Made by a program: the position numbers and the translations under genes
DNA from: Acidobacteriota bacterium
GTDB taxonomy: Bacteria > Acidobacteriota > UBA4820 > DSQY01
Direction: 5' to 3'
Length of the DNA: 35,752 bases
Assembly (NCBI GenBank): GCA_049967655.1
Contig: JBMFSH010000028.1
Span: 1-35,752, forward strand
Shown: piece after piece, positions 26,189-35,518 of the stretch
Numbering within the stretch: the stretch's first letter is position 1
Layout of the letters: each line of letters starts with the position of its first letter
Notes under the pieces: model-generated
Database searches by the model: none
Seen by the model: only the letters and a program-made list of their open reading frames with translations
What the model was told of the DNA's origin: nothing

Positions 26189-28825
26189 ATGGTAACTCTA
26201 AAGCTTAGGGGGTGCAGTGCACTATTTAGGTGGCTGATGGCGCCGGCGCTTCTATGGGGAACGATTGCGGCTCACGGTGCCTCTTGCCGGAACCTCTACC
26301 CTTCGGCCGCAGGCGAGGCCTCCAGCCACTGGGCCATGGAGTTGGCCCAGCCGGCTTCGAATTTAACTCTCTTCGACCGCCAGGATAGCACAGGGAACCT
26401 CTATTTTTCAGGTTTCGCGAATCCGGGCGCCATCGGCGGCTACGATGTGCTGCTCTACGCGCTCTCACCGGGAGGGACACTGGAGTGGAGCAAGGCATAC
26501 GGTACCACCGCCGATGACGTGGGGAGCGTGGGACTCCTTACGAACGATGGCGGTTTCCTGCTGGTCGGGAATACCTATGTTTCGTTCAACACGTCGCCGG
26601 CTCCCCAGGACTCCTGGGTCTGCAAACTCGATGGGAACGGAAACATCCAGTGGCAGGATGCGTTCTTTAATACGGCTTCCGAACCGCTGACGATCCAAAC
26701 GGCCTATGCCATTCCCGGTGGCTATCTCCTGGTGGCCGCCTATTACCAGTCGCCTTCGGCGGGTGGCTTCGACTTCATCGCGGTGTCCGACACGGGCAAT
26801 GTCTTGTGGCAGCAGGGCTACGGTAGCCCCACGCTCAGCTACGCCCCTCCCAACGTGAGGGTGCTTTCGGACGGCAGCTTCGTGGCCGCTGGCTCAGCTT
26901 CCGGCTCGAATGGCACCAGCGCCATTTACGCCGTTATGTTCTCTCCCACGGGCTCGATCGAATGGCAAGAGACGGTATCAGGGGCTACGGGCGGGTCGGT
27001 GTGGGGGCCACTGAGCGACGGAAGTATCCTGCTGGAAGGTTCCACCTCCCTCTATGGTGGCGGTCAAGGGCCTCACCCTTGGGTGTTGGACCTTGATCCG
27101 ACGAATGGAGCCATCCTATGGCAAAAGGTCTACGCCGGCTCAGGGCAGGATTACGGAGCGCTTGTGCCCGACCCATCGGACAGCGGGTTGCTCCTGAACG
27201 GATGGACTACCTCAGCCGGTACCGGCAACCAGGAGCTATGGGTTGCCCAAACGGATCTCGCGGGTAACATCTTCTCCCAAGAAGTAATCGGAGGAGCGAA
27301 CAATACTACTGGAACCGTATATCCAGACCCGGCCGGAGGCTATTTGGCTCAGGGGGTTTCGATAGAGCCTAATAACCAATCTGAATCGTCATGGATCGTC
27401 AAGCTCAGCGAGACGCTCTCCATTCTCTGGCAAGATACCTTGGGACAGAGCCTGACCGCTGGGAACCTCTTTTCTTTCGCCGTTCCGAACCGACTCACCA
27501 ATGGCGATCTGCTGGCGGACGGCTTTCTCCTGTCGTATGGGCAACTTCCCACCCCACCGGCGTATCAATCGTTGGCCTGGGAAATGGATTCCTCCGGCAG
27601 TGTGGGTTACTCCTGTTCGAGTGTGGGTCAAGGCAGCTTGGTGGCACAGCAAGCTTCTCTCAAGGCAACCACCACGATGGCGAGTGTCTCGCCTGGGGAT
27701 CTAGCCACCGCATCACAACCGTTTACGGTGGAACCCGGCTCCTTGGCCGAACAACCGCAGTCGCTCACCTTCCAGGACCTCTGCTCGGGGGGGCCAGGCT
27801 CCCTGACCGCCAGCGCCTCGGCGAATGTGACATCAGGGCCCCCTCCACTGACGGTCCAATTCTCGGCCAACGTGACAGGCGGCACTCCGCCTTATGCCTA
27901 TGCATGGAGCTTCGGCGACCAGAGCGCCCCTAGCTCCGAGCAGAATCCCACCCACGTCTACACTCAGCCAGGTACCTACCCCGTCACCTTGGAAGTGACC
28001 GACAGTACGGGCGCCACTAGCACCGACAGTCACCTCAGCATCCAGGTCACGCCGAGTTCAACCTACAGCATTTCCGGGACCGTGACTTTAGGGACTTTGG
28101 GTTTGCAAGGGGTGACGGTCAGCACGGGCAGTACCAGCACGATCACCGACGGCAGTGGAAACTACACCCTGACCGGACTGGTGAACGGCAGCTACACGGT
28201 AACGCCGACGCTCACGGGGTACGCTTTTTCTCCTTCTAGCCAAAGCATCGCTATCAACGGGGCCAACGTGACGGGGGTGAATTTTGTGGCAGTTACCTCT
28301 GCTTGCAGTCTCTCTTGTAGCGCCAGCGGGCCGGCCACTGCTCTCGTGAACACCCCCGTCTCGTTTCAAGCGACGGCGACGCCTTCGGTGGCGTGCAGCG
28401 GCCTAACACCCTCCTACTCGTGGAGCTTCGGGGACGGAGGCACGTCGAGCCAGCAGAATCCCACGCATACCTACGCAGCGGCAGGCACCTACAGCTGGAC
28501 CATGACGGCGAGCGCGCCAGGCAGCACGCCGTGCTCCCAATCGGGAAGCATCACCGTCACCGACGCGCCTCCTCCGGTCGTGACGGCAGTTACCAAAATG
28601 GGCCCTCCCTTCCGGTTAGTCGTCAAGGGTAGCGACCTGCAGAACGGCATCCATGTATTCATCAATGGGACGCAGTGGACCAACACGGCCTGGAAGTCCA
28701 CCAACAAGATCGTGATCAAGGGAGGCGCTTCGCTCAAGGCGCTCGTGCCCAAGAACACCCCCGTCACCCTCACCTTCGTGAATCCGGATGGGGGAACGGC
28801 TACAGTGAACGGTTGGACTTGGTAG
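26189..28825 (+). CDS. Secreted protein: beta-propeller-like repeats, two PKD domains, carboxypeptidase-regulatory-like domain and conserved C-terminal domain
   Basis: Signal peptide; repeated G.i.WQ..YG blades; WSFGD...QNPTHxY twice; TDGSGNYTLTGL. Confidence 0.9.
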   Translation: MVTLKLRGCSALFRWLMAPALLWGTIAAHGASCRNLYPSAAGEASSHWAMELAQPASNLTLFDRQDSTGNLYFSGFANPGAIGGYDVLLYALSPGGTLEWSKAYGTTADDVGSVGLLTNDGGFLLVGNTYVSFNTSPAPQDSWVCKLDGNGNIQWQDAFFNTASEPLTIQTAYAIPGGYLLVAAYYQSPSAGGFDFIAVSDTGNVLWQQGYGSPTLSYAPPNVRVLSDGSFVAAGSASGSNGTSAIYAVMFSPTGSIEWQETVSGATGGSVWGPLSDGSILLEGSTSLYGGGQGPHPWVLDLDPTNGAILWQKVYAGSGQDYGALVPDPSDSGLLLNGWTTSAGTGNQELWVAQTDLAGNIFSQEVIGGANNTTGTVYPDPAGGYLAQGVSIEPNNQSESSWIVKLSETLSILWQDTLGQSLTAGNLFSFAVPNRLTNGDLLADGFLLSYGQLPTPPAYQSLAWEMDSSGSVGYSCSSVGQGSLVAQQASLKATTTMASVSPGDLATASQPFTVEPGSLAEQPQSLTFQDLCSGGPGSLTASASANVTSGPPPLTVQFSANVTGGTPPYAYAWSFGDQSAPSSEQNPTHVYTQPGTYPVTLEVTDSTGATSTDSHLSIQVTPSSTYSISGTVTLGTLGLQGVTVSTGSTSTITDGSGNYTLTGLVNGSYTVTPTLTGYAFSPSSQSIAINGANVTGVNFVAVTSACSLSCSASGPATALVNTPVSFQATATPSVACSGLTPSYSWSFGDGGTSSQQNPTHTYAAAGTYSWTMTASAPGSTPCSQSGSITVTDAPPPVVTAVTKMGPPFRLVVKGSDLQNGIHVFINGTQWTNTAWKSTNKIVIKGGASLKALVPKNTPVTLTFVNPDGGTATVNGWTW

Positions 28826-29171
28826 CCTTGTATGTCTGAGTGCGAACCCATGGGCCAGAAGCAGGGAGGCATTGTTGCTGCCTTCTCCTTGCTGTATCGG
28901 AAGGCTGTCGGCCAGTGGCTTCAGTCGAAAAAGGCGCGCCGCTGATGACGCCGCGCCGGCGGTTGCGGTATGGTAGGGTCGGGGTTTCGCCCGAAGGGGG
29001 TCGCGCCATGGACTCGGCACTCAAGCAGCACTCAGCGCCCATTCCCGAGGCTGAGACGCCTCTCGCAGGATGGGGTCCCGCGAACTCCTCTCTCCTCTTC
29101 AATCCCTCATCCTTCATCATCAGTATCTTCCATCATCGATCATCGCCTTTTCTTCCACTGGGAGCCGGCCG

Positions 29172-30464
29172 ATGAACTGGAAAGCTTTCTCTGCTTTCAT
29201 TGCCCTCGTGGTGCTCTTCGTGGCCGGCATCGGCCTGCTCATGTTCGTGCGGCGCCCGTCGGCCATGACGTTCTTCTTCACGGCCGACACTCAGGGCTAC
29301 CTGGTGCCCTGCGGGTGCAAGGTGATCCCCGCCGGCGGGTTGGCGCGGCGCGCGACCGTGCTGGATGGTCTCAGGAAGAGCGACGGCGGGGAGCGGGTCG
29401 TCCCCATCGAGGTGACCCACGGCTTCGCCGACCGTGGACCGGGCCGTGCCCTTCTCAACGAGGAGATGGGGCGATTCTTTGCGAGGGAGGGCTACCTCGT
29501 GGGCCTGGGGAGCTACGACCTCCTCCTGGGCATCCCGGCCCTGCGCGAGGCCGCGCCCGGCGTGCCGCTCTACCTGGCGGGGGAGAAGGGGCTGCCCGGC
29601 TCGAAGGAGTTCCGCCTGGGCGGCTGGGGATGGGGCCCCATCGGCGATCGCGGGGTCGGGCTGCGCGTCATCTTCCTGGCAGAGACCGCTCCGGGTGGAG
29701 TGTCCATCGGCGACCCGCTGAAGGCCTACCGCCGGGAGGTTGCCGAGCATCCCTCGGAGAGGACCGTCGTGGTAGGCCAGCTCAGTCCCCAGACGCTGAC
29801 GGGGCTGTTCAAGATGCAGCCTCCCCCTCTCCTGGCGGTGGCCCAGTGGCAGACCGACGTGACCAGCATGCCCCAGGCCGTCGGGCCGTCCTGGGTGCTC
29901 TTCATGGGTGATCGGGGCCGAAGGTCGGCCACGGCGAGGATCCAGTGGACGGGGAAGGAGTTCAACGTCCTGCCCACCATCCGTTACCTGGGCCCCGAAG
30001 TGGCCTCGGTGCCCGCCGTCGAGCGGGAGGTCGCGAAGGTGCTCGACCAGGTGGCGGCGGTCAACAAGGCCGCCCTGGCCAAGCTCTCCCGCCCGGCCGC
30101 CCCGGGCCGCGCCTACGTGGGCTCCGCCGGCTGCAAGACGTGCCACGCCGAGGCGCACAAGACGTGGTCCCTCTCCAGCCACGCCAGGGCCACGGCGGAC
30201 CTCGCCATCGACCACCAGCAGCAGAACCCCGCCTGCCTCCAGTGCCACGCCACCGCGCTGGGCGAGCCGGGGGGCTATCCCCAGGCCTCGGTGGACTTGG
30301 CCGGCGTGGGGTGCGAGGCCTGCCACGGCCCCGGCGAGGGCCACCCCGGGCGGGCCATGGAGATGCAGCCCGCGGGCCCCCAGGCCTGCGGAGCCTGCCA
30401 CACCCCCCGCGACTCTCCCCTGTTCGACGCGGCGGGCTACTGGAAGCTCATTCAGCACAAGTAG
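29172..30464 (+). CDS. Tetraheme cytochrome c fused to an UshA/5'-nucleotidase-like N-terminal domain
   Basis: N-terminal anchor; FTADTQGYLVPCGC...GGLARR; CKTCH, CLQCH, CEACH, CGACH. Confidence 0.88.
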   Translation: MNWKAFSAFIALVVLFVAGIGLLMFVRRPSAMTFFFTADTQGYLVPCGCKVIPAGGLARRATVLDGLRKSDGGERVVPIEVTHGFADRGPGRALLNEEMGRFFAREGYLVGLGSYDLLLGIPALREAAPGVPLYLAGEKGLPGSKEFRLGGWGWGPIGDRGVGLRVIFLAETAPGGVSIGDPLKAYRREVAEHPSERTVVVGQLSPQTLTGLFKMQPPPLLAVAQWQTDVTSMPQAVGPSWVLFMGDRGRRSATARIQWTGKEFNVLPTIRYLGPEVASVPAVEREVAKVLDQVAAVNKAALAKLSRPAAPGRAYVGSAGCKTCHAEAHKTWSLSSHARATADLAIDHQQQNPACLQCHATALGEPGGYPQASVDLAGVGCEACHGPGEGHPGRAMEMQPAGPQACGACHTPRDSPLFDAAGYWKLIQHK

Positions 30465-30512
30465 GAAGGTGCCCGGCTCGGCGGGGGGATCGGGACGCGG
30501 CGCCCCGTCGTC

Positions 30513-30537
30513 GCAGGAGCGATCTCCAGAGCGCGAA
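30513..30537 (+). repeat. Degenerate single REP of the 9925 family
   Basis: gcaggagcgatctccagagcgcgaa vs gtaggagcgctctccagagcgcgat. Confidence 0.7.
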
Positions 30538-30641
30538 TTGTCCAAGGCGCTACCCCCTCACTGCGGCGAGCCGGCCGGGCGCCTCCGGCGCCTCGGCCAG
30601 GACGCGGCATCAGCGGGGCGAAAGGCGCTCTGTCATTGAGC

Positions 30642-30690
30642 GTCACCCCGTGGCCTCCTCCAGCGGTCTTCTGACACGGGGTCCCGGCGT
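30642..30690 (+). repeat. 49-bp hairpin direct repeat, copy 1
   Basis: Near-identical to 31042-31090; accccgtg...cacggggt stem. Confidence 0.85.
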
Positions 30691-30790
30691 CCCCGCCCCC
30701 GCGCCCTCCTCCCCGCCGCCGCGCGCGCCCTGGCACGCCCTTCGGGCGGCCGGCTCTCGTGGCTTCGAAGGACCGCCCTCCCCCCCCTCT

Positions 30791-30945
30791 GGGTGCGCCG
30801 ACGGCGGCGGACCTTCTGCGTCGTCAGGTATCGGCGCCCACATCCTCAGCGTACGCAAAGTACGCTTGCGGTGTGGTCGCCTCACCTTCCTAGCATAAGG
30901 CCCACCGGCGTCGGGACGCCGCTTTCCGCCTTGGGCGGAAGGCGG
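30791..30945 (+). repeat. Structured GTAC-hairpin repeat, second copy
   Basis: 5' part matches 10764-10846; 3' part matches 1-47. Confidence 0.85.
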
Positions 30946-31041
30946 GTGGCACGACGCCAGGGGAAGGGGAGCGGGGGAACGGGGAGGTTCCCCCGCCCAA
31001 GAGGGCATCCCACGTGAGAGCAGAGATGGGCCTCGACCCCT

Positions 31042-31090
31042 GTCACCCCGTGGCCTCCTCCAGAGGGCTTCTGACACGGGGTCCCGCCGT
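31042..31090 (+). repeat. 49-bp hairpin direct repeat, copy 2
   Basis: Near-identical to 30642-30690, exactly 400 bp downstream. Confidence 0.85.
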
Positions 31091-31245
31091 TGCGGGGACG
31101 CGCCTTCCTCCCTCCGATGGGAGGGCATTGCCCAGCTCCGGCGCTCACACGTACCCAGGAGCGGCCTTTTCATGTCCGGAGGTTTCTCTCGGTGCCTCTG
31201 TGTCTCTGTGGTGACTGGACGTGGGTCTGGGTCCTTTTCGGCGGC

Positions 31246-34200
31246 CTATCGGCTGAAGGGCAGGACGGCGGATCGCCCGCCGTCCGGATTGACGATGCGC
31301 ACCCAGACCGCGCAGCCCTCCGGCAGCATGGCCTTGAGATCGGTCCCCCCTTTGGCGACCAGCGCGGAGGCTTTTCTGAACTGGGTCTGAGGCGCGGGGG
31401 TTCCCGACAGGAGCACCTGACTGCCCGTCTGGAAGCCCGAGCCCGAGACCAGGAGCCGGAACGGCGATCCCAGCTTCCGGACCGCAGTGAGGGCGGGGTT
31501 GTCCAGGGTGACTCCAAGGGGATCGGAGGTCGTGTTCTGCCCGGCCGTGTCCGTGGCGCGGGCGGTGAGGGTGTGCGGCCCGGCCATCCCGGCGCTGTCC
31601 CAGTCGATCTGCCAGGGCTGGGCCTGCGCGCTGCCCACCGGTGTGCCGTCCACGAGGAAGGTGACCTCGGATACGCCCCGGTCGTCGGTCGCCGCGGCGG
31701 AGAGACGGACCGTCCCGTGGACGCTGGCTCCGGCCTGCGGCGTTGACACCGTTACCTGGGGGGGTTCGTCCGCAGCGCCCTCGCACGGATCGGGAACGCC
31801 CGCGCTGGTGATCTGGAGGTCGTCCAGCTCGAAGCCGTCGAACTCCGCTCCCGGATCGGTGGTCAGCCGCCAGCGGATGCGGACCCGCCGGCCCGCGTAC
31901 GGGGAGAGGTCTTGGGTGTATGCGGTCCACGGCGTGAGGCAGGCGTTCCCGGCGGGGCCGGTGAAACATCCCTGCGAGGCGGGGTAGGTGCAGGCGTTGA
32001 TGGGCGGGTCGCCCGTGAGGGAGAGGGTCCCAGGGTAGCCGCCCGCGGGCACGAGGGTCTGCCACGTGGAACCGGCGTCGGCCGAAATCTGCACCACCAC
32101 GCCGTCGTAGTCCACCTCCAGGTTGTACCTGGCCCAGTAGGTCAACTGGGGCGTCCCCTCCTGCAGCAGGACGTCGGGCGTGATCAGGGAGGCGCAGACG
32201 TTGGCCGGGTAGGTGCGGCCGTCCTGCGCGCTCCGGTAGCAGAGGCCTCCCCCCGCGGTGTGGTTGTCCTGGCGGCTCACGGTCCAGGGTGCCTCGGTGT
32301 GCAGAAGCGCCGCGGTATCGCCGCCGTCATCCGTCCAGGTGCCCGGCGAGAAGGTCCCCGCCGTGGGGGTCACGCTCAGCCAGCGCGCGTTGGCCTCCTC
32401 GTTGCCCCCGTTGGCGGGGCCGCCGTTCAGGGCCGTCCCATCCTCCGCCCGCACCACGTAGTAATAGGTGATGCCGGAGAGCACGGCGGAGTCCGTGAAG
32501 GTGGTGCCGGCCAGGCCGCTGGCGACCCGGCTGACCGCCGAGGGCGTGAAGTAGGGGTCGCTCCCGCGGTAGATGTTGTAACCGACGCCCGGCGCGAGGG
32601 GGCAACTGGAGGCTCCGGGCCGCCAGGACAACACCACGGAGCAGGTGGGACCGGAGGGGCTGCTCTCGGCCGTCTGCACGCCCTCGAAGCTGGGCGCGAG
32701 GGTGCAGTTGCCCGCGAAAGCTGCGAAACCGCAGGGCGAGGCGGCTCCCTCCCCGCAGTCGCCTTCGGCGCGCACCCGGTAGGCATAGCCGAATCCGCCC
32801 TGCACCAGGGCGTCGCGGAAGCTCGAGCCGTCGGTCTCGGCGAGGAAGTGGAAGGAGCCGGCCTCGGCCGAGCAGTCTCCGGCGGCCCGTTCGATCCGGT
32901 AGCGCGGCGCGCCCGTGGTTGGCCAGGTGAGGCCGATGCCTCCCTCCCCGGCATCCGTGGCCGCCAGGGAGACGGGGGGCTCGGGCGCATCCTGGCAGTC
33001 GGAGTAGGTCGCCACGAGCGCGTAGCCCTGGCGGTCCGAACCGGCTTCGGAGGGAGTGCCGGGCACACAGGCCCCGCGCACGGCGACGGTCCAGACTCCG
33101 GCCGCGGGCGCCGGAACCAGCACCTCTTCCACCGTGTTGAGATCGTCGGGTGTTCCGCCCGGGACGGAGGCGCCCTCCGAGAAGACGTTGCCCAGGTAGC
33201 GCACGCCGTCGGGGCCGGTGACCTCCAGGTCCAGGTCGTTGACCAGCGCTAGCCCCGAGACCGGCGAGGCCTCGGGGTCGGTCCAGGCGAGCGTCACCTT
33301 CAGGGGCCTGTTCGGGGAGAGCCCCACTTCGAATCGGTCCACCTCCTCCGTGGCGAGGCCGGCCCCGTTCCTCTTGTCCCAGACCCTGAGCCTCTGCGGG
33401 CTGCGGTGGGGGGAGGCGAAGGCGCAGACGTCGTCCAGCCGCACCCGGCCCCAGCCTTCGCTCTCGTTGGGAATATCCGGCGCCGCCACGTCCATGGCGC
33501 CGTTGATGAGGGCGGCCTTGATCAGGGCCCCGCTGGGAGTGAGGGAGTCCGCCGGGTTGCGGACGCCCGAAGGGTAGAAGCCGTCGGTGAAATACTGGCG
33601 CAGGAGGAGAGCAGCGCCGGCGGCCGTGGGCGTTGCCATGGAGGTGCCGCTCATGATCGTCGTGACGCAGTTCATGGACGAGTGGGAGTTGTCCCCGAGC
33701 GCCGAGTTGATGACCTGGCCGGGCGTGCAGAGGTCGGGCTTCATGCGGCCGTCGAGGGTGGGGCCGCGGGAGGAGAAGCCGGTCACCGCGTCGGCGCCGT
33801 AGGAGCCGTTGGTCACGGCTCCCACGGTGATGCAGTCCTTGGCGGCCGCGGGAGAGCCCACGGTCCCGGCCTCCGGGCCGGCGTTCCCGCCGGCGAAGAA
33901 GAGCTGGAACTCCTCGTGGCGGTAGAGGAACCGGTCCACGGATAGGCAATCGTCGGTGTAGATCCCGGCGGTGTCGGAGCCCCACGAGTCGGAATGGATC
34001 CGCGCCCCTGCGTTGAAGGCCTGCTGGTAGACGATCTGGTTGTCCGTGGCCAGCCCGGCGAGGGTTCCCGAACCCTCGTTGCCTACGTCCTGGAAGAAGA
34101 TCTTGGCATTCGGCGCCATGCCGTCGCCGAAGTCGTGGCCGCCCGAGGTCGGGGTGGAGGGCGTGGCGTAGTTGTCCCCGGCCACGCTGCCGGTCGTGTG

Positions 34201-35220
34201 GGTCCCGTGGTTGAAGAAGGCGAATCCGTCGTAGGGCGTCGCCCCGGGCAGGACGTCATAGGCCACCACCTTGCGCGCGAGATCCAGAGGGCCAGCCGCC
34301 GGGGGCACGGGCGACTGGGCGTCGGTGATCCCGTCCGGGCCGTAGCTGAAGAAGCACATGTCACTGTCCAGGCCCGAGTCGGCCACGGCGGCGATCTGCC
34401 CCGTGCCGGTGATGCCTTGGTTCCAGAGGGTGGCCGAGAGCGCGTAGTTGGTGCGGTCCGCCGTGTCGTAGCTCTGCACGACCCAGATGGAGTTGTCGTT
34501 CCTGAGATGGGGCGGAAGCCACGGGTCCACGCTCCATACGGCCGCGTCCGCGGCGGCCGCCGCCACCACGGCCGGAAGCACGGCGGACGGAGGAAGGATC
34601 CGCAGCAAAGCCCCGTCCTCAGCGGAGCCCAACACCTGCGCGCCGGACAGATCGGGGAAGACGGAGCGCAGCCGCCCCAGCAGTTGCCAAGGGTTCTCGC
34701 CCGGGAACAGGCGGAGGGAGAGATACGGCGCCCGATCCCACGAGACCGTCAGCGCGGGCGATATCTTCTCCTCGGGGAGGTAGGGGCCGATCCAGCGAAG
34801 CTCGGGCATGGCCTCCAGCGCCGAGAGGCCGGAGGCGTCCGCGCGGGCCAGGCAGGCGTTCGAGGGGATGCGGTCCAGGAACCGGAGGCCGGGGCGCTCG
34901 ATGGCCTTCAGCTCGGAGAGGCGGAGCTGCCGACGGAACTGCACGAGGTAGACGGTCGTCCTTCCGGGCGGCGGCGATTCGGGGCGAACCCTCGCGCGGG
35001 GTGCCGTTGAGCCGAGCGGATCGAAGGCGCCGGATCGCAGGAGGATGGTGCTCCCATCCACCCGAACGGCCGAGGTCCGAAGGGCTTCCGAACGGCCCGC
35101 CGCCGCGGCGGCGGGCGGAAGCTCTTGCGCCGCTGATGCCAGTGGCAGACCGGCGTTGAGGTGCTGTGTCGCCGGCCATCCAACCAGGCACAGGAACATC
35201 AAGGTCCCCAAACCGCGCAT
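31246..35220 (-). CDS. Large secreted S8 subtilisin-like protease (Kp43-like) with Fn3-like, jelly-roll, Ig and conserved C-terminal domains
   Basis: Signal peptide; AVADSG, HGTHTTGS, FAGGN, SGTSMATP catalytic motifs; LVNDLDL; PPQVTVSTP...HTLTARATD Ig domain. Confidence 0.93.
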   Translation of the reverse strand: MRGLGTLMFLCLVGWPATQHLNAGLPLASAAQELPPAAAAAGRSEALRTSAVRVDGSTILLRSGAFDPLGSTAPRARVRPESPPPGRTTVYLVQFRRQLRLSELKAIERPGLRFLDRIPSNACLARADASGLSALEAMPELRWIGPYLPEEKISPALTVSWDRAPYLSLRLFPGENPWQLLGRLRSVFPDLSGAQVLGSAEDGALLRILPPSAVLPAVVAAAAADAAVWSVDPWLPPHLRNDNSIWVVQSYDTADRTNYALSATLWNQGITGTGQIAAVADSGLDSDMCFFSYGPDGITDAQSPVPPAAGPLDLARKVVAYDVLPGATPYDGFAFFNHGTHTTGSVAGDNYATPSTPTSGGHDFGDGMAPNAKIFFQDVGNEGSGTLAGLATDNQIVYQQAFNAGARIHSDSWGSDTAGIYTDDCLSVDRFLYRHEEFQLFFAGGNAGPEAGTVGSPAAAKDCITVGAVTNGSYGADAVTGFSSRGPTLDGRMKPDLCTPGQVINSALGDNSHSSMNCVTTIMSGTSMATPTAAGAALLLRQYFTDGFYPSGVRNPADSLTPSGALIKAALINGAMDVAAPDIPNESEGWGRVRLDDVCAFASPHRSPQRLRVWDKRNGAGLATEEVDRFEVGLSPNRPLKVTLAWTDPEASPVSGLALVNDLDLEVTGPDGVRYLGNVFSEGASVPGGTPDDLNTVEEVLVPAPAAGVWTVAVRGACVPGTPSEAGSDRQGYALVATYSDCQDAPEPPVSLAATDAGEGGIGLTWPTTGAPRYRIERAAGDCSAEAGSFHFLAETDGSSFRDALVQGGFGYAYRVRAEGDCGEGAASPCGFAAFAGNCTLAPSFEGVQTAESSPSGPTCSVVLSWRPGASSCPLAPGVGYNIYRGSDPYFTPSAVSRVASGLAGTTFTDSAVLSGITYYYVVRAEDGTALNGGPANGGNEEANARWLSVTPTAGTFSPGTWTDDGGDTAALLHTEAPWTVSRQDNHTAGGGLCYRSAQDGRTYPANVCASLITPDVLLQEGTPQLTYWARYNLEVDYDGVVVQISADAGSTWQTLVPAGGYPGTLSLTGDPPINACTYPASQGCFTGPAGNACLTPWTAYTQDLSPYAGRRVRIRWRLTTDPGAEFDGFELDDLQITSAGVPDPCEGAADEPPQVTVSTPQAGASVHGTVRLSAAATDDRGVSEVTFLVDGTPVGSAQAQPWQIDWDSAGMAGPHTLTARATDTAGQNTTSDPLGVTLDNPALTAVRKLGSPFRLLVSGSGFQTGSQVLLSGTPAPQTQFRKASALVAKGGTDLKAMLPEGCAVWVRIVNPDGGRSAVLPFSR

Positions 35221-35448
35221 CGTCTGTCTCCCGAAGGTACGTCCATGTTACCGCCATGCGAGCCGTTCCTCAAGGCCCCCGCAAGCCGGCCCGCCTCGGT
35301 CGCGCCCAACCGGCTGGACAACGGGAGGGGAAGGACCTGCTATGGACCGCTATGGTGCGTCGAGCCTCTCTGCTGAGGATATCGCTCCTGATCGCCCGGG
35401 GCTTCCCCACATCGGCAGGCAACCGCGGCCTGCCGGTGATCGCTCTCG

Positions 35449-35477
35449 TTGACACGGGTCCTCCCTTGCAGTACTCT
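35449..35477 (+). promoter_or_regulatory. Sigma70 promoter
   Basis: TTGACA-N17-TACTCT, 41 bp upstream of ATG 35519. Confidence 0.75.
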
Positions 35478-35518
35478 CACTTCGATCCGATGTCATCGTT
35501 CAGCCAGGAGGGGGAGTC

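Noticed and set aside
28970..29175. Hairpin-rich leader or 55-aa ORF (29008-29175) before the cytochrome
   Set aside because: No riboswitch consensus recognised; the ORF is partly made of tandem micro-repeats
76..35257. Many long antisense or alternate-frame ORFs (e.g. 76-933, 10546-12138, 12084-13616, 32327-33985)
   Set aside because: Arg/Pro/Gly-rich shadows of real genes, expected in high-GC DNA
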